NCBI GenBank assembly: GCA_046483315.1 | Contig: JAWODJ010000058.1 | Span: 32,321 to 96,320 of the forward strand | From: Bacteroidales bacterium | GTDB taxonomy: Bacteria; Bacteroidota; Bacteroidia; Bacteroidales; PUMT01 | Direction: 5' to 3' | DNA length: 64,000 nt | Shown: positions 1 through 10,347 of the stretch, in pieces | How the letters are laid out: every line of letters begins with the position of its first letter | Position numbering within the stretch: the first letter of the stretch is position 1 | Notes under the pieces: model-generated | What the model saw: the letters and a program-made list of their open reading frames with translations, nothing else | What the model was told of the DNA's origin: nothing | Database searches by the model: none | Position numbers and translations under genes: made by a program

Positions 1-810
1 TATCGAATCAATCCTTATGCCGGCAATGAGATGCGTCAAAAAATACAGGATCATATGTATACCCTGTATGATGAGGTGAAATTTGAAGGTCTGCACTGGG
101 CTATGGCTATTGATCTTAATGCCTGCACCGGTTGCAGCGCATGTGTAATTGCATGCCAGGCCGAAAACAATATTCCCGTCGTGGGAAAGGAAGAGGTTTA
201 CAGGAGGCGCATTATGCACTGGATGAGGATAGACAGGTACTTTTCCGGCGAGAAAGATAATCCGTCGGTCCACTTCATTCCGGTCATGTGCCAGCATTGT
301 GACAATGCCCCGTGTGAGAATGTCTGCCCGGTGGCAGCCACCAACCACAGTGATGAAGGAGTTAACCAGATGACATATGTACGCTGTATCGGGACCAAAT
401 ATTGTATCAACAACTGCCCATACAAAGTGAGACGGTTCAACTGGTTCAACTACGCACGGAGTGATGATTACAACACTTATATGAACGATGAAACGGGACG
501 GATGGTGCTCAACCCCGATGTTACCGTCAGGGAGAGGGGGGTTGTTGAAAAGTGCTCCTTCTGTATTCAGCGTATCCAGGAGGCAAAGATCAGGGCAAAG
601 ACTGAGAACAGGGTTCTGAAGGATAATGAGATCATGCCGGCATGTGTGCAGACCTGTCCGTCAAAGGCAATAGTCTTTGGAAATATAGCTGATGAAAACA
701 GCAGGATAGCGGAAATTTTCAGGGATAAGCGCAACTATCACCTTCTTGAAGAGCTCCATACATTGCCTTCGGTAGGTTATCTTACAAGGATAAAGAATAA
801 ACAAAGCTGA
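1..810 (+). CDS. actB: Alternative complex III (ACIII) iron-sulfur subunit ActB, C-terminal part; the 5' end lies outside the window
   Basis: Frame 1 is open from base 1. Four ferredoxin-type Cys clusters are visible (CTGCSACVIACQ, CQHCDNAPCENVCP, CIGTKYCINNCP, CSFC...CVQTCP). It is followed by an NrfD-like membrane subunit. Confidence 0.85.
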   Translation, partial: YRINPYAGNEMRQKIQDHMYTLYDEVKFEGLHWAMAIDLNACTGCSACVIACQAENNIPVVGKEEVYRRRIMHWMRIDRYFSGEKDNPSVHFIPVMCQHCDNAPCENVCPVAATNHSDEGVNQMTYVRCIGTKYCINNCPYKVRRFNWFNYARSDDYNTYMNDETGRMVLNPDVTVRERGVVEKCSFCIQRIQEAKIRAKTENRVLKDNEIMPACVQTCPSKAIVFGNIADENSRIAEIFRDKRNYHLLEELHTLPSVGYLTRIKNKQS

Positions 811-815
811 CAGAT

Positions 816-2192
816 ATGTACAACACTGCAGTCCGCCCCCCCCTGGTGGAAGGGAAAAAGAGTTACGGGCAGGTTACCGTCGATATTGCCGGCCCTGCCG
901 AACGAAAGCCTGCAAAGTGGTGGTATGCCGCCATGACCGTGGCAACGCTGGCACTGCTTTTCGGGCTATGGGCAATGTATACCACGGTAGTTGAAGGATT
1001 GGGCACATGGGGACTGAATAACTCCGTTGGCTGGGGATGGGATATAATTAATTTCGTATGGTGGATCGGTATAGGGCATGCAGGAACGGCATTTACAATT
1101 TTTCTGATTGTATTTCGTGCCAGATGGGCATCTTCCATTAACCGTGCTGCAGAGGCTATGACTGTTTTTGCCGTTATGAATGCAGGATTGTTTCCCGCCC
1201 TGCATCTGGGAAGAATATGGCTGATATTTTTTATTTTTCCTTATCCCAATACAAGGGGCCCTCTCTGGGTCAACTTCAATTCGCCGCTATTCTGGGATGT
1301 GCTGGCAATCACAACCTATTTGCTTCTGTCAGTCACCCTTTGGTATTTTGGTATGATACCCGACCTGGCAACCATGAGGGACAGGGCAACATCTAAAATT
1401 AAAAAGAGTATCTACGGATTTTTCAGCATGGGCTGGATAGGATCGGTGCAGAACTGGATGCGGTATGAGGCTCTGGCCAAAATTCTCGGGGGACTGGCGG
1501 CGCCGCTGGTTGTGTCAGTGCATACCATTGTGGCACTTGACTTTGCCGTATCGGTGATACCGGGATGGCATACTACCATACTGCCACCCTACTTTTTTGT
1601 AGGAGCTATATTTTCCGGGTTTGCAATGGTCCTTACCATAATGATACTTATCAGAAAAACTTTTTCGCTGACCGATTTTATCACCAGGTCTCACCTGGAT
1701 TCAATATGCAGGGTTTTGATTTTTGGCAGTATGGTCATAGGACTTGCATATGCCACCGAACTTTTCATAGCATGGTATTCAGGCAGTGAATATGAATTTT
1801 TTACTTTTTTTAAATCACGGGCCACGGGCAAATATTCAACCGCCTTCTGGATCATGGTGGTATGCAATGCCATAATTCCACAGTTTTTATGGTCCAGGAG
1901 GGTAAGGGGCAGCCTGACCTGGATGCTGGTAATATCAGTTATTATCAATCTGGGCATGTGGTATGAGAGGTTTGTCATACTTATATCGTCACTGGCACAG
2001 GATTACCTGCCTTCAAGCTGGGTAAGCTACTCGCCCACCATTGTTGATATAGGGATATATGTCGGGACCTTTGGAATATTTGCCAGCGGAATGCTCCTGT
2101 TTGTACGTTTTATACCCATAATTGCCATATCGGAGGTTAAGGGACTGGCGGGCAGAAAAAATGATGATCATAAATCTGATAAAGATGCATAA
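816..2192 (+). CDS. actC: ACIII polytopic membrane subunit ActC (NrfD/PsrC-like)
   Basis: 458-aa, highly hydrophobic multi-TM protein starting 5 nt after actB. This is the classic FeS-subunit/NrfD pairing. Confidence 0.8.
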   Translation: MYNTAVRPPLVEGKKSYGQVTVDIAGPAERKPAKWWYAAMTVATLALLFGLWAMYTTVVEGLGTWGLNNSVGWGWDIINFVWWIGIGHAGTAFTIFLIVFRARWASSINRAAEAMTVFAVMNAGLFPALHLGRIWLIFFIFPYPNTRGPLWVNFNSPLFWDVLAITTYLLLSVTLWYFGMIPDLATMRDRATSKIKKSIYGFFSMGWIGSVQNWMRYEALAKILGGLAAPLVVSVHTIVALDFAVSVIPGWHTTILPPYFFVGAIFSGFAMVLTIMILIRKTFSLTDFITRSHLDSICRVLIFGSMVIGLAYATELFIAWYSGSEYEFFTFFKSRATGKYSTAFWIMVVCNAIIPQFLWSRRVRGSLTWMLVISVIINLGMWYERFVILISSLAQDYLPSSWVSYSPTIVDIGIYVGTFGIFASGMLLFVRFIPIIAISEVKGLAGRKNDDHKSDKDA

Positions 2193-2700
2193 CAAAGATA
2201 TCACGGCTGTTTTCGACTGCGATGAAAAAATGGTCAGGGCTATCGGAAGCCTCAAAGAGGAGAATATTCCGGTAAAGGATGCATACACGCCTTTCCCTGT
2301 GCATGATGTGCTTAAGCTGCTGGGAAGAGAGAGCAGGCTGCCTTTTTTTTCAGTATTGGCCGGTGCCGGCACAATAATCCTTGCTTTTTCTTTCCTGTAT
2401 TATACTGCGGTAATTGATTATCCTTTAAATTACGGCGGCAAGCCCCATTTTGCCCTTCCCTCTTTTGTTGTGATCATTTACCTGCTTACCATTTTGTTTA
2501 CCTTTATCACTACAGTTATTGTTTTTCAGTTGCGCACAGGCCTTTTTCCGGGGAAGGAGGCTGAAATTCCGGGACGGGGGTCGACCGATGACAGTTTTAT
2601 TCTCATACTGGGCGGGGATGAAGGACTCTCCGGTGAGATGGTACAGGGGGCAAATAAAATACTTAAAGAGAACGGTGCGGTTGAGATAATTGAAACCTAA
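2185..2700 (+). CDS. actD: ACIII subunit ActD (DUF3341-type)
   Basis: It sits between actC and the cytochrome c subunit. An N-terminal soluble part (TPFPVHDV) is followed by two TM segments. I chose the ATG at 2185, which overlaps the actC stop (ATGCATAA). In-frame alternatives exist at 2161 and 2122. Confidence 0.6.
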   Translation: MHNKDITAVFDCDEKMVRAIGSLKEENIPVKDAYTPFPVHDVLKLLGRESRLPFFSVLAGAGTIILAFSFLYYTAVIDYPLNYGGKPHFALPSFVVIIYLLTILFTFITTVIVFQLRTGLFPGKEAEIPGRGSTDDSFILILGGDEGLSGEMVQGANKILKENGAVEIIET

Positions 2701-2722
2701 CAGCAATTTTAAACATGCATAA

Positions 2723-3367
2723 ATGCGAACAGATCCTAAGATAGATTCAATGAGACGGGGTGCAGCCGGAAAATTTTTGGTCGTGTTACTTGGACTGGTA
2801 CTGTTAATTGCGGGTTGTGACAGGGGGCCCAATGATCCCGGCCGGGACTATTTTCCTGATATGGTTTATTCACCGGCTTACCAGACCTGGTCTGAGAACC
2901 CGGTAAATGAAGGTGGTGTTACGATGATGCCTCCGGTTGAGGGCACTGTGCCAAGAAATATGATACCTTTTCAATATGAAAGGACTGCAGAAGACCAGTT
3001 GCGTGCGGGAAGAGAGCTTGTTAATCCGTTTGATGCCACGGCTGAAAATGTTGAAAGGGGAAGAGAGGCATATTCTGTATACTGCATGAATTGTCATGGA
3101 GAAAAGGGCGACGGACCGGGTCATCTTTTTACTTCGGGCAGGTATCTTGTTCCCCCCTCATCGCTTGTTGATGAGAAAATTACAGCCCTGCCTGACGGCA
3201 GTATCTATCATACGATTTCACTGGGATACGGTATTATGGCCGAACATGCTTCCCTTATCCTGCCCCGGGACAGATGGAAGATTATCCTTTATATAAGACA
3301 GGAGTTACAGGGTAAGCGGTTTGAATTGCATGATATGGAAGAGGAGTTACCGGTTCAGTTTGACTGA
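2723..3367 (+). CDS. actE: ACIII monoheme cytochrome c subunit ActE (lipoprotein)
   Basis: Single CxxCH heme motif (CMNCHGEKG). The signal peptide has a lipobox (LLIAGC). An alternative start is at 2750. Confidence 0.7.
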   Translation: MRTDPKIDSMRRGAAGKFLVVLLGLVLLIAGCDRGPNDPGRDYFPDMVYSPAYQTWSENPVNEGGVTMMPPVEGTVPRNMIPFQYERTAEDQLRAGRELVNPFDATAENVERGREAYSVYCMNCHGEKGDGPGHLFTSGRYLVPPSSLVDEKITALPDGSIYHTISLGYGIMAEHASLILPRDRWKIILYIRQELQGKRFELHDMEEELPVQFD

Positions 3368-3397
3368 TTTTTTAAAGCCTGCAAAATAAATATCAAA

Positions 3398-4558
3398 ATG
3401 AGAGAAACCTTCAAAATTCCTCATAAAGCCAGATTGGTGGCATGGCTGTTAACCGGCGTGGGATTGCTGGCACTGGTCACTGGTTTTATTACTGATCAGC
3501 CCAGGTTGTGGACCAGCTTATTGCTGAATAATTTTTTCTTTTTGTCAATCTCCCTGGGCGCTCTCTTTTTCATCTCTGTTCAGTATGTCACTGAATCGGG
3601 CTGGCCGGTGATGTTTCAACGTGTCCCCTCGGCTATGACTGCCTATATACCAGTGGCATTTGTTGTTATGCTGGCATTATATCCCGGTCTGCAGGAGATA
3701 TACGAGTGGGCAGAGCCGGGTATAACAGAAAAGGATGAACTGATAGCGTTTAAGTCGCCTTACCTGAATATCCCTTTTTTCTACCTTCGCATGGTGATAT
3801 TATTTGCTGTCTGGATAATGCTGGCGGTAACAATGAGAAGACTTTCACTGCGTGAGGATGTTGAAGGAGGGATCAAATGGTTCAATAAAACCAAACATTA
3901 TTCAATGGTTTTTATTTTCGTTTTTGCCATTACTTTTACAGTGGCAGCCTTCGACTGGATAATGTCTGTTGATTCTCACTGGTTCAGCACAATATTCGGG
4001 ATCAGGGCAATAATAGCCTCTCTCTATTATTCTGTAGCTGCAATCGTTCTTACCGTGCTGTGCCTCAACCGTGCGGGATATTTTAAACAGATGAACAAGT
4101 ACCATCTGAATGACTATGCCCGTTACCTTTTCAGACTCAGCATTGTTTGGGGTTATTTATGGTTTATGCAGTACCTTATAATATGGTATGCAAATATTCC
4201 GGAGACAACCTTCTATTATGTTTACCGGGTCAGCGAACCATGGACAGCCTTCTTTTATGCCGAACTCATTGTAAACTGGACGATTCCTTTTGTAGTGCTT
4301 ATGTCTGATGAAGTTGCCCGCAAAAAGCCTGTCATTGTGCCCGTGAGTATTTTGCTGCTTGCCGGATTCTATATAAGCCTTTACCTGCAGATAAAGCCCG
4401 GAAGTACCGGGGAGATAAATATCGGATTTACAGAGATTGGAAGTTTTGCCGGATTTGCAGGCATATTTATGCTGCTTTTTATACGCACTCTTTCAAAGGC
4501 ATCTCTTATACCCGTCAACCACCCCTACATTAAGGAGAGCACTGAACATCACCTTTAG
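3398..4558 (+). CDS. actF: ACIII membrane subunit ActF
   Basis: 386-aa polytopic membrane protein and the last gene of the act cluster. Assigned by position and topology only. Confidence 0.6.
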   Translation: MRETFKIPHKARLVAWLLTGVGLLALVTGFITDQPRLWTSLLLNNFFFLSISLGALFFISVQYVTESGWPVMFQRVPSAMTAYIPVAFVVMLALYPGLQEIYEWAEPGITEKDELIAFKSPYLNIPFFYLRMVILFAVWIMLAVTMRRLSLREDVEGGIKWFNKTKHYSMVFIFVFAITFTVAAFDWIMSVDSHWFSTIFGIRAIIASLYYSVAAIVLTVLCLNRAGYFKQMNKYHLNDYARYLFRLSIVWGYLWFMQYLIIWYANIPETTFYYVYRVSEPWTAFFYAELIVNWTIPFVVLMSDEVARKKPVIVPVSILLLAGFYISLYLQIKPGSTGEINIGFTEIGSFAGFAGIFMLLFIRTLSKASLIPVNHPYIKESTEHHL

Positions 4559-4574
4559 TGCAGGAAAAATTATG

Positions 4575-4922
4575 CTATTCGCCTCCGGTGTAACCGGTTA
4601 CCCTGTAGCCCGTGGATACAATTCCGTCTTCCATTTCCCCTTTGGTAACAAGGGTTTTATCAAACTGTACAGAGGCTTTTCCGCTCTCGTGCGAGGCATT
4701 TGCCTCAACAACTCCGTCAAGGTTTTCAAGCGACCTGACTACAGTGCTTTCGCATCCTGTGCAGGTCATCCCCTCAACATCAAAGCTTATGGTAACAAGA
4801 TTTTCAGGAGCAACCTGTAAAACAGTATTTTCTGATTGTGCAGATTCTTTTCCTGAGTTTGCGTTCCCCTGGCATGCACCCAGTGCCAGAACCAGAACAA
4901 TTAATACAAAAATTGGCTTCAT
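4575..4922 (-). CDS. Heavy-metal-associated (HMA) domain lipoprotein, putative periplasmic copper chaperone
   Basis: Lipobox LALGAC and the metal-binding motif GMTCTGCE in a roughly 70-aa ferredoxin-like domain. It lies downstream of the oxidase operon. Confidence 0.8.
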   Translation of the reverse strand: MKPIFVLIVLVLALGACQGNANSGKESAQSENTVLQVAPENLVTISFDVEGMTCTGCESTVVRSLENLDGVVEANASHESGKASVQFDKTLVTKGEMEDGIVSTGYRVTGYTGGE

Positions 4923-5127
4923 CTTAATAAGACAGGTTAATGAGATTAATATTCAATTAATTATGTTTAGCAGTTAATTTACATTCACGTGATACAAACG
5001 GATGGATTATCCATTCTTTATTTATAATAAACACTTTTTATGCCTTAATTGTTCATTCCTTTATGTGTGTATAATTATGTTCCGGCGGAAAATGATCTTC
5101 GACCGATATTACATCCAATTACGCTAT

Positions 5128-6015
5128 TCAGATACCATTTTTAATTGCCGCCTCTGCTGAAAGAAGGATCATGATAACCAGGTAAAAAATGTTGAGAGCC
5201 ATAAACGGTACCCTGGAACCGTAAGCTTCCTTTCTTTTGATATGGTACAGGCCCGATAAAACCAACATTGCTATTGCTGCAAGCCAGACAACAATAAGTG
5301 CCCGGTTACTTATGAGTCCGCTTGCAGGCAGCAGTGCAGAAGCGGTGGCGGCGGCGGCGATCCAGTAACAGCTTATACGCTTTAACTGGACAGGGGTGAA
5401 GATTCCTGTCAGACTTGGCATTCCCGCCTTTTCATACTCTTTGCCGTATCTCAGCAGAAGAAGCCAGAAATGAGGTATCTGCCCGACAAAAAAGAAAATA
5501 ACTATTATTATTATCCATGGATGCAACCAGTGGCCGCCTGCAGCTACCCAGCCAATAAGAGGTGGTACGCCTCCCGTTATTGAGCCCGGTATCACAGCAA
5601 AAGCAGTTATTTTTTTCAGGGGGGTGTAAACAGCATTGTACCATATAAAATTGAAAATTCCCAGTAAAACGACAGAGGGAGAGAAATGCAGAAAAAGCAG
5701 CAGGGATCCTGTGCTCAGCAAAACAGCGGAGAAGAGAATTACAAAACCCGGTGATACCTGTTTTCCCGGCAGGGGCCTGTTTTTTGTCCTTTCCATTAGT
5801 GCATCGATGCGTCTTTCCTGGAAGTGGTTAAGTGCTGAAGACCCGGCTGCGAGCAGGAATACCCCAAGAAGCAAAAGAGGCAGCTCAGGTGTAAGTGAAG
5901 CCGTGTAAACAAAATATCCGGTAAAAGTACTTGCTGTTACCGGCAGTGTTATGTGTGCCTTGGAAAGTGAGCCCGCAATGCGGACAAGCCCTGATACCTC
6001 CCGGAATAAGCTCAC
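5128..6015 (-). CDS. ctaB: Protoheme IX farnesyltransferase (heme O synthase)
   Basis: UbiA-family polytopic protein with NHFQERRIDALMERTKNRPL. The GTG start overlaps the ctaC stop (GTGA). Confidence 0.85.
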   Translation of the reverse strand: MSLFREVSGLVRIAGSLSKAHITLPVTASTFTGYFVYTASLTPELPLLLLGVFLLAAGSSALNHFQERRIDALMERTKNRPLPGKQVSPGFVILFSAVLLSTGSLLLFLHFSPSVVLLGIFNFIWYNAVYTPLKKITAFAVIPGSITGGVPPLIGWVAAGGHWLHPWIIIIVIFFFVGQIPHFWLLLLRYGKEYEKAGMPSLTGIFTPVQLKRISCYWIAAAATASALLPASGLISNRALIVVWLAAIAMLVLSGLYHIKRKEAYGSRVPFMALNIFYLVIMILLSAEAAIKNGI

Positions 6016-6956
6016 TGAAGCGTTTTAAGGTATTCGATTATATCTTCTATGCCCTGTTCATCTATCAGGTTACGGTAGGAAAGCATCAGTCCCCTGCTGT
6101 ACCCCCTGACAATATCAGCATCGGGTTCATAGATCGATCTCCTTATGTAATCATCATCGGCTACGATCTCTCTTTCGGTGCCGTCGGTTATAACTGTTAC
6201 CGTTGAGCCATAGAGTCCCCGGAACGAAGGTCCTACAAGTTCGGAACCGTCAGTTGAATGACATGCTCCGCATCCGTTCATCCTTATTATCTGCATACCT
6301 GCCGCACCCGGCTGTTCGGTTTCGGTTGCCAGCACCTGTGTGGTATCTGCAAGCCATTCCTCGAAATCATATTCCGGCATGACCACTACGGCTGTGGTCA
6401 TAAATGCATGCTGGAGTCCGCAATACTCGGCGCAGAAAAGATCATAAACACCCGGCTGCCCGGCCTCAAACCACAGGAATCCCTCCTTCCCGGGAACCAT
6501 ATCCTGTTTGATCCTGAAGGCAGGGATATAAAGGCTGTGCAGTACATCCTGTGCAATAAGGTCGACTTTTACCGGGCGGTTCTGGGGAACATAAAGGGTG
6601 TCTGTAATACGGCCGTTCTCATACTCAAATAACCAGCTCCACATGCGGGCATAGCTTTTAACGACCATTGCATCTTCCGGGGGTTCCTGGGTCGGCTTCC
6701 ATCCTGTCCATCCGTACTGGAACATCACCAGCACCAGTGCAACAGGTATTATGGTCCAAATAATTTCCAGGGTGGTACTGCCCTTAATTTGTGTTGGTAC
6801 AGGATTTTTTTTGCGGTTATACCTGTATATGAAATAAAGCATTGTAAGTGATATGCCCACTATAAAGAATACCGCTACCCAGAATATCAGCATGAAGGTG
6901 GTCTCGTAACCCGATACAAAATTTGAGATATCTCTTGTTTCTGAAATCATGGTCAA
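6012..6956 (-). CDS. ctaC: Cytochrome c oxidase subunit II fused to a C-terminal cytochrome c domain (caa3-type)
   Basis: Two N-terminal TM segments. CuA ligands are present (HSLYIPAF ... CAEYCGLQHAFM). The C-terminal domain carries CGACH. Confidence 0.9.
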   Translation of the reverse strand: MTMISETRDISNFVSGYETTFMLIFWVAVFFIVGISLTMLYFIYRYNRKKNPVPTQIKGSTTLEIIWTIIPVALVLVMFQYGWTGWKPTQEPPEDAMVVKSYARMWSWLFEYENGRITDTLYVPQNRPVKVDLIAQDVLHSLYIPAFRIKQDMVPGKEGFLWFEAGQPGVYDLFCAEYCGLQHAFMTTAVVVMPEYDFEEWLADTTQVLATETEQPGAAGMQIIRMNGCGACHSTDGSELVGPSFRGLYGSTVTVITDGTEREIVADDDYIRRSIYEPDADIVRGYSRGLMLSYRNLIDEQGIEDIIEYLKTLQ

Positions 6957-6960
6957 TGAA

Positions 6961-7248
6961 TTATCTGAATAAGTAATCCAGGAATGTTATAACAATTATG
7001 CTTATTATGGAAAACATGATAAACCCAACCATTATTGAGTAAATGATATTGTCAAATTTCAGATGCATAAAATAGATAATCACCAGTAAAGCCTTGGCAG
7101 TGGCAAGCAGCAGAGCCACCGTAACTGTCAGGGGGCCAAGGTCAATACCGGTAACCGCAACAGACAGGAGTGTGAAAATGACCAGGCACAACAAAACGAT
7201 TGCATGGTTTTTATAGGGAACTATGTGATGTTTATCATTATTTTCCAT
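6961..7248 (-). CDS. Cytochrome c oxidase subunit IV-like small membrane protein
   Basis: 95 aa with three TM segments, located between subunits III and II. Confidence 0.55.
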   Translation of the reverse strand: MENNDKHHIVPYKNHAIVLLCLVIFTLLSVAVTGIDLGPLTVTVALLLATAKALLVIIYFMHLKFDNIIYSIMVGFIMFSIISIIVITFLDYLFR

Positions 7249-7263
7249 AATCTGCAGCTTTTA

Positions 7264-7899
7264 TCAGGTTACCAGGTAGAAGAGCGGGAAAAGAAATATC
7301 CATATCAGGTCCACCAGATGCCAGTAAAGGCCCGTGTTTTCAAGAAGTGCGAATTTTGTTGAGTGTACCTTCTCTTTATGCACACGGAACATTACTGCGG
7401 CAATAACCACCACTCCAATTATGATATGGAGTGCATGGAGACCTGTCATAAAGTAATAGAGTCCGAAAAACAGGGTGTCGCCGTGTCCGAATCCGTGGAG
7501 TTGTTCTGAGCCCGGATATAGACCGTGACTTATCTTTTCACCCCATTCAAAATATTTGTTAACCAGGAAAACCAGTGCCAGAAATAATGTTGCCCCCAGA
7601 AACATAAGGGTAAGCTTTTTATTGCCTTTCTGCATGGCAGTTAATGACATTGCAATGGTCATGCTGCTTACCAGCAGAATCACCGTGTTAACCGTTCCAA
7701 TGGTGACATCCAGTTCCTCAGCAGCCAGTCCGAAGGCCACAGGGTGAAGATACCTGTATATGGAATATACAATAAACAGACCGCCAAAAAGCAGCATTTC
7801 GGTGAAAATAAACAACCACATCCCGATTTTTGAGGCTTCATCGTCACGGTGAATATGGATATTTCCGGATGATTGTTCCATTGTAAATAAATTATGCAT
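7264..7899 (-). CDS. ctaE: Cytochrome c oxidase subunit III
   Basis: 211-aa, 5-TM protein with a typical subunit III C-terminus (HWHLVDLIWIFLFPLFY). Confidence 0.8.
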   Translation of the reverse strand: MHNLFTMEQSSGNIHIHRDDEASKIGMWLFIFTEMLLFGGLFIVYSIYRYLHPVAFGLAAEELDVTIGTVNTVILLVSSMTIAMSLTAMQKGNKKLTLMFLGATLFLALVFLVNKYFEWGEKISHGLYPGSEQLHGFGHGDTLFFGLYYFMTGLHALHIIIGVVVIAAVMFRVHKEKVHSTKFALLENTGLYWHLVDLIWIFLFPLFYLVT

Positions 7900-9509
7900 T
7901 AACTGTAATCATAAGGTCCTTTTGTGATATGTGGTATCTCATCAAAATTTTCAACCGGAGGGGGCGAGGGTACCTGCCACTCCAGTGTTTTCCCACCCCA
8001 GGGGTCCTGTTCGGCCTTTTCTCCTGAAAGGGCTGATTTTACAAGATTTATGATAATAATAGCCAAACCGGCAATCAGTATTATTGCACCAAAAGATGAA
8101 ATAATATTACCTCCGTGAAACTGGTCCACATAGTCGTAATACCTCCTTGGCATACCTGCAATACCCAGGTAGAACATAGGCCCGTAAAGTGTTATGAAAC
8201 CAATGAAAAATGTGAGCCAGCCTATGTTTGCCCAGCCTGCGTCATATTTCCGGCCGGATATTTTTGGGAACCAGTAATGCATTGCGCCCATGAAGGCAAA
8301 TCCGGTTCCTCCAAAAACGATGAAATGGAAATGTGCGACCACGAAGTGAGTGTCGTGAAGGTGCACGTTGGTTGATAAAGCTCCGAGGACAAGACCGCTG
8401 AAACCACCTATCATAAAGACAAAAATAAAAGAAACAGCCCAGTAAAACGGGGTTTGCAGATTAATGGACGCCTTATGCATGGTTGACACCCAGTTGAAGA
8501 CCTTTATCGCGCTTGGTATTGCTACAAGGAATGTCAGCACTGAGAAGGTATAGAGTGCCACACCACTCATTCCGGAGGTGAACATATGATGACCCCATAC
8601 AAAATAACCCACAAATGCAATGGCAAGCGTTGATGCTATAATGGCTTTGTAGCCGAAAATTGTTTTTCTTGCAAATGTGGGTATGATCTCAGAAATGGCC
8701 CCCATGGCCGGCAGTATCATAATATATACGGCCGGATGCGAATATATCCAGAAAAGATGCTGGTAAAGGATAGGGTCGCCTCCGAGCGCGGGGTTAAAAA
8801 AACCTATGTTGAGAACCCTTTCGGCAATAATCATTAGCAGGGTGACACCTACAATAGGAGTTGCAATTAGTTGTATCCATGCTGTCGCATAAAGGCTCCA
8901 GGGGAAAAGGGGCATTTTAAACCAGCCCATTCCGGGTGCCCGCATACGGTGTATGGTTACAATAAAGTTCAACCCTGTGAGGATGGATGAGAAACCCAGA
9001 ATAAAGGCTCCCAGTACTGCAGGCAGCATATTGGTGGGAGTCTGGAAACTGTAGGGGGCATAGAAAGTCCACCCGGTATCGGGCGGGCCGCCACCTGTGA
9101 ACTGTGAGGAAAGTACAACCAGTGCTCCAAGCATATAGAGCCACCATGATGTGAGGTTAAGTCTTGGAAAGGCAACATCCCTTGCACCAATCATAATTGG
9201 AAGGAGAAAATTGCCGAATACTGCGGGGAGGCCTGGAATAACGATCAGAAAGATCATTATGATACCATGAAGGGTGAAAAATCCATTATAGGTTTGCGGC
9301 CCCATGACATTTTTGCCCGGAGATATCAGCTCCATCTTCATCAGCAGTCCGATTATTGCTCCAACAATGAAAAATGACAGGATAGACCACAGATACAGTA
9401 ATCCAACCCTTTTATGGTCGGTAGAAAATATCCATGCAAATATACCCCCGTATTTTCCCTTATGCCGGAGGTAACTGGGTTTCATGGAGGGGTTCAGGTT
9501 TTCAGACAT
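7899..9509 (-). CDS. ctaD: Cytochrome c oxidase subunit I (heme-copper oxidase)
   Basis: HLFWIYSHPAVY (His-Tyr region), WGHHMF (CuB ligands), FVVAHFHF. 536 aa with about 12 TM segments. Confidence 0.95.
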   Translation of the reverse strand: MSENLNPSMKPSYLRHKGKYGGIFAWIFSTDHKRVGLLYLWSILSFFIVGAIIGLLMKMELISPGKNVMGPQTYNGFFTLHGIIMIFLIVIPGLPAVFGNFLLPIMIGARDVAFPRLNLTSWWLYMLGALVVLSSQFTGGGPPDTGWTFYAPYSFQTPTNMLPAVLGAFILGFSSILTGLNFIVTIHRMRAPGMGWFKMPLFPWSLYATAWIQLIATPIVGVTLLMIIAERVLNIGFFNPALGGDPILYQHLFWIYSHPAVYIMILPAMGAISEIIPTFARKTIFGYKAIIASTLAIAFVGYFVWGHHMFTSGMSGVALYTFSVLTFLVAIPSAIKVFNWVSTMHKASINLQTPFYWAVSFIFVFMIGGFSGLVLGALSTNVHLHDTHFVVAHFHFIVFGGTGFAFMGAMHYWFPKISGRKYDAGWANIGWLTFFIGFITLYGPMFYLGIAGMPRRYYDYVDQFHGGNIISSFGAIILIAGLAIIIINLVKSALSGEKAEQDPWGGKTLEWQVPSPPPVENFDEIPHITKGPYDYS

Positions 9510-9561
9510 TTTTATTATTAATTTGGATCACCGGATAAGTTGTTTTTTCAAAATCATTCTT

Positions 9562-10347
9562 TTATCGGGATGTACTTCTTAGTTTTCTTTTAATTGGTTT
9601 AATGCTTAAGGCCAGCAGCAGCACTACAGAGAAAAATATGATTATGATACCTAATATTTTGGTTATGTTCAGTACATATGTCTGACCTGCAGGGTCGTAT
9701 GAGTAACAGTACTGCAGCACCTTGTTTATTGTCGGTCCTACTTTCCCTTCAGAGGCTTCCAGTACAGCCATTTTTACCTCGAAGGGCAGAAAATAGGTGC
9801 CGTTCAGATACCTGCTGATTTTTCTTTGCGGACTGACCACTATCAGTGTTGCAGAGTGTATAAAATCATTGCCTGTCCTTCTGTATCTGAATCCCGTTGC
9901 ATCAGTCAGTCGCGCGATGCTGGCACTGTCTGAGGTGAAGAACTTCCAGTGTTCTTCTGCCTCCCTGGTTCTCATCAGGTTGATGTGGTTGCGTTTTTTG
10001 TTAACTGCCAGTTCGGTAGTCTCCCGTGCATCGAAACTGATTGTCAGAACCTGATAATCCTCTCCCAGAACGAGATCAGTGCGGTCAATAGCCTCTGCAA
10101 TACCTTCCATAAGGGGACTGCATATGCCGGGGCAGCGGAAATAGACCAGTGACATGATTGTAGGCTTATCTATCAGCTGCGCCAGGCTTGTGGTGTCGCC
10201 ATTTTCATTAAAAACCCTTATATCTCCGGGTATGGTATCCCCAAGTTTTTCGACAACACCAATAACAGGTTCGTCCAAAACACCTCCCTGGCTGAATAAT
10301 TTCTGAAAGGCCAGTAGAAATGCGATCGAAAAAATAATTCTTGCCAT
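9562..10347 (-). CDS. SCO1/SenC-family copper-delivery protein with a C-terminal membrane anchor
   Basis: Thioredoxin-like core with CPGICSP (CxxxC). It is the first gene of the oxidase operon and has a signal peptide. Confidence 0.75.
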   Translation of the reverse strand: MARIIFSIAFLLAFQKLFSQGGVLDEPVIGVVEKLGDTIPGDIRVFNENGDTTSLAQLIDKPTIMSLVYFRCPGICSPLMEGIAEAIDRTDLVLGEDYQVLTISFDARETTELAVNKKRNHINLMRTREAEEHWKFFTSDSASIARLTDATGFRYRRTGNDFIHSATLIVVSPQRKISRYLNGTYFLPFEVKMAVLEASEGKVGPTINKVLQYCYSYDPAGQTYVLNITKILGIIIIFFSVVLLLALSIKPIKRKLRSTSR

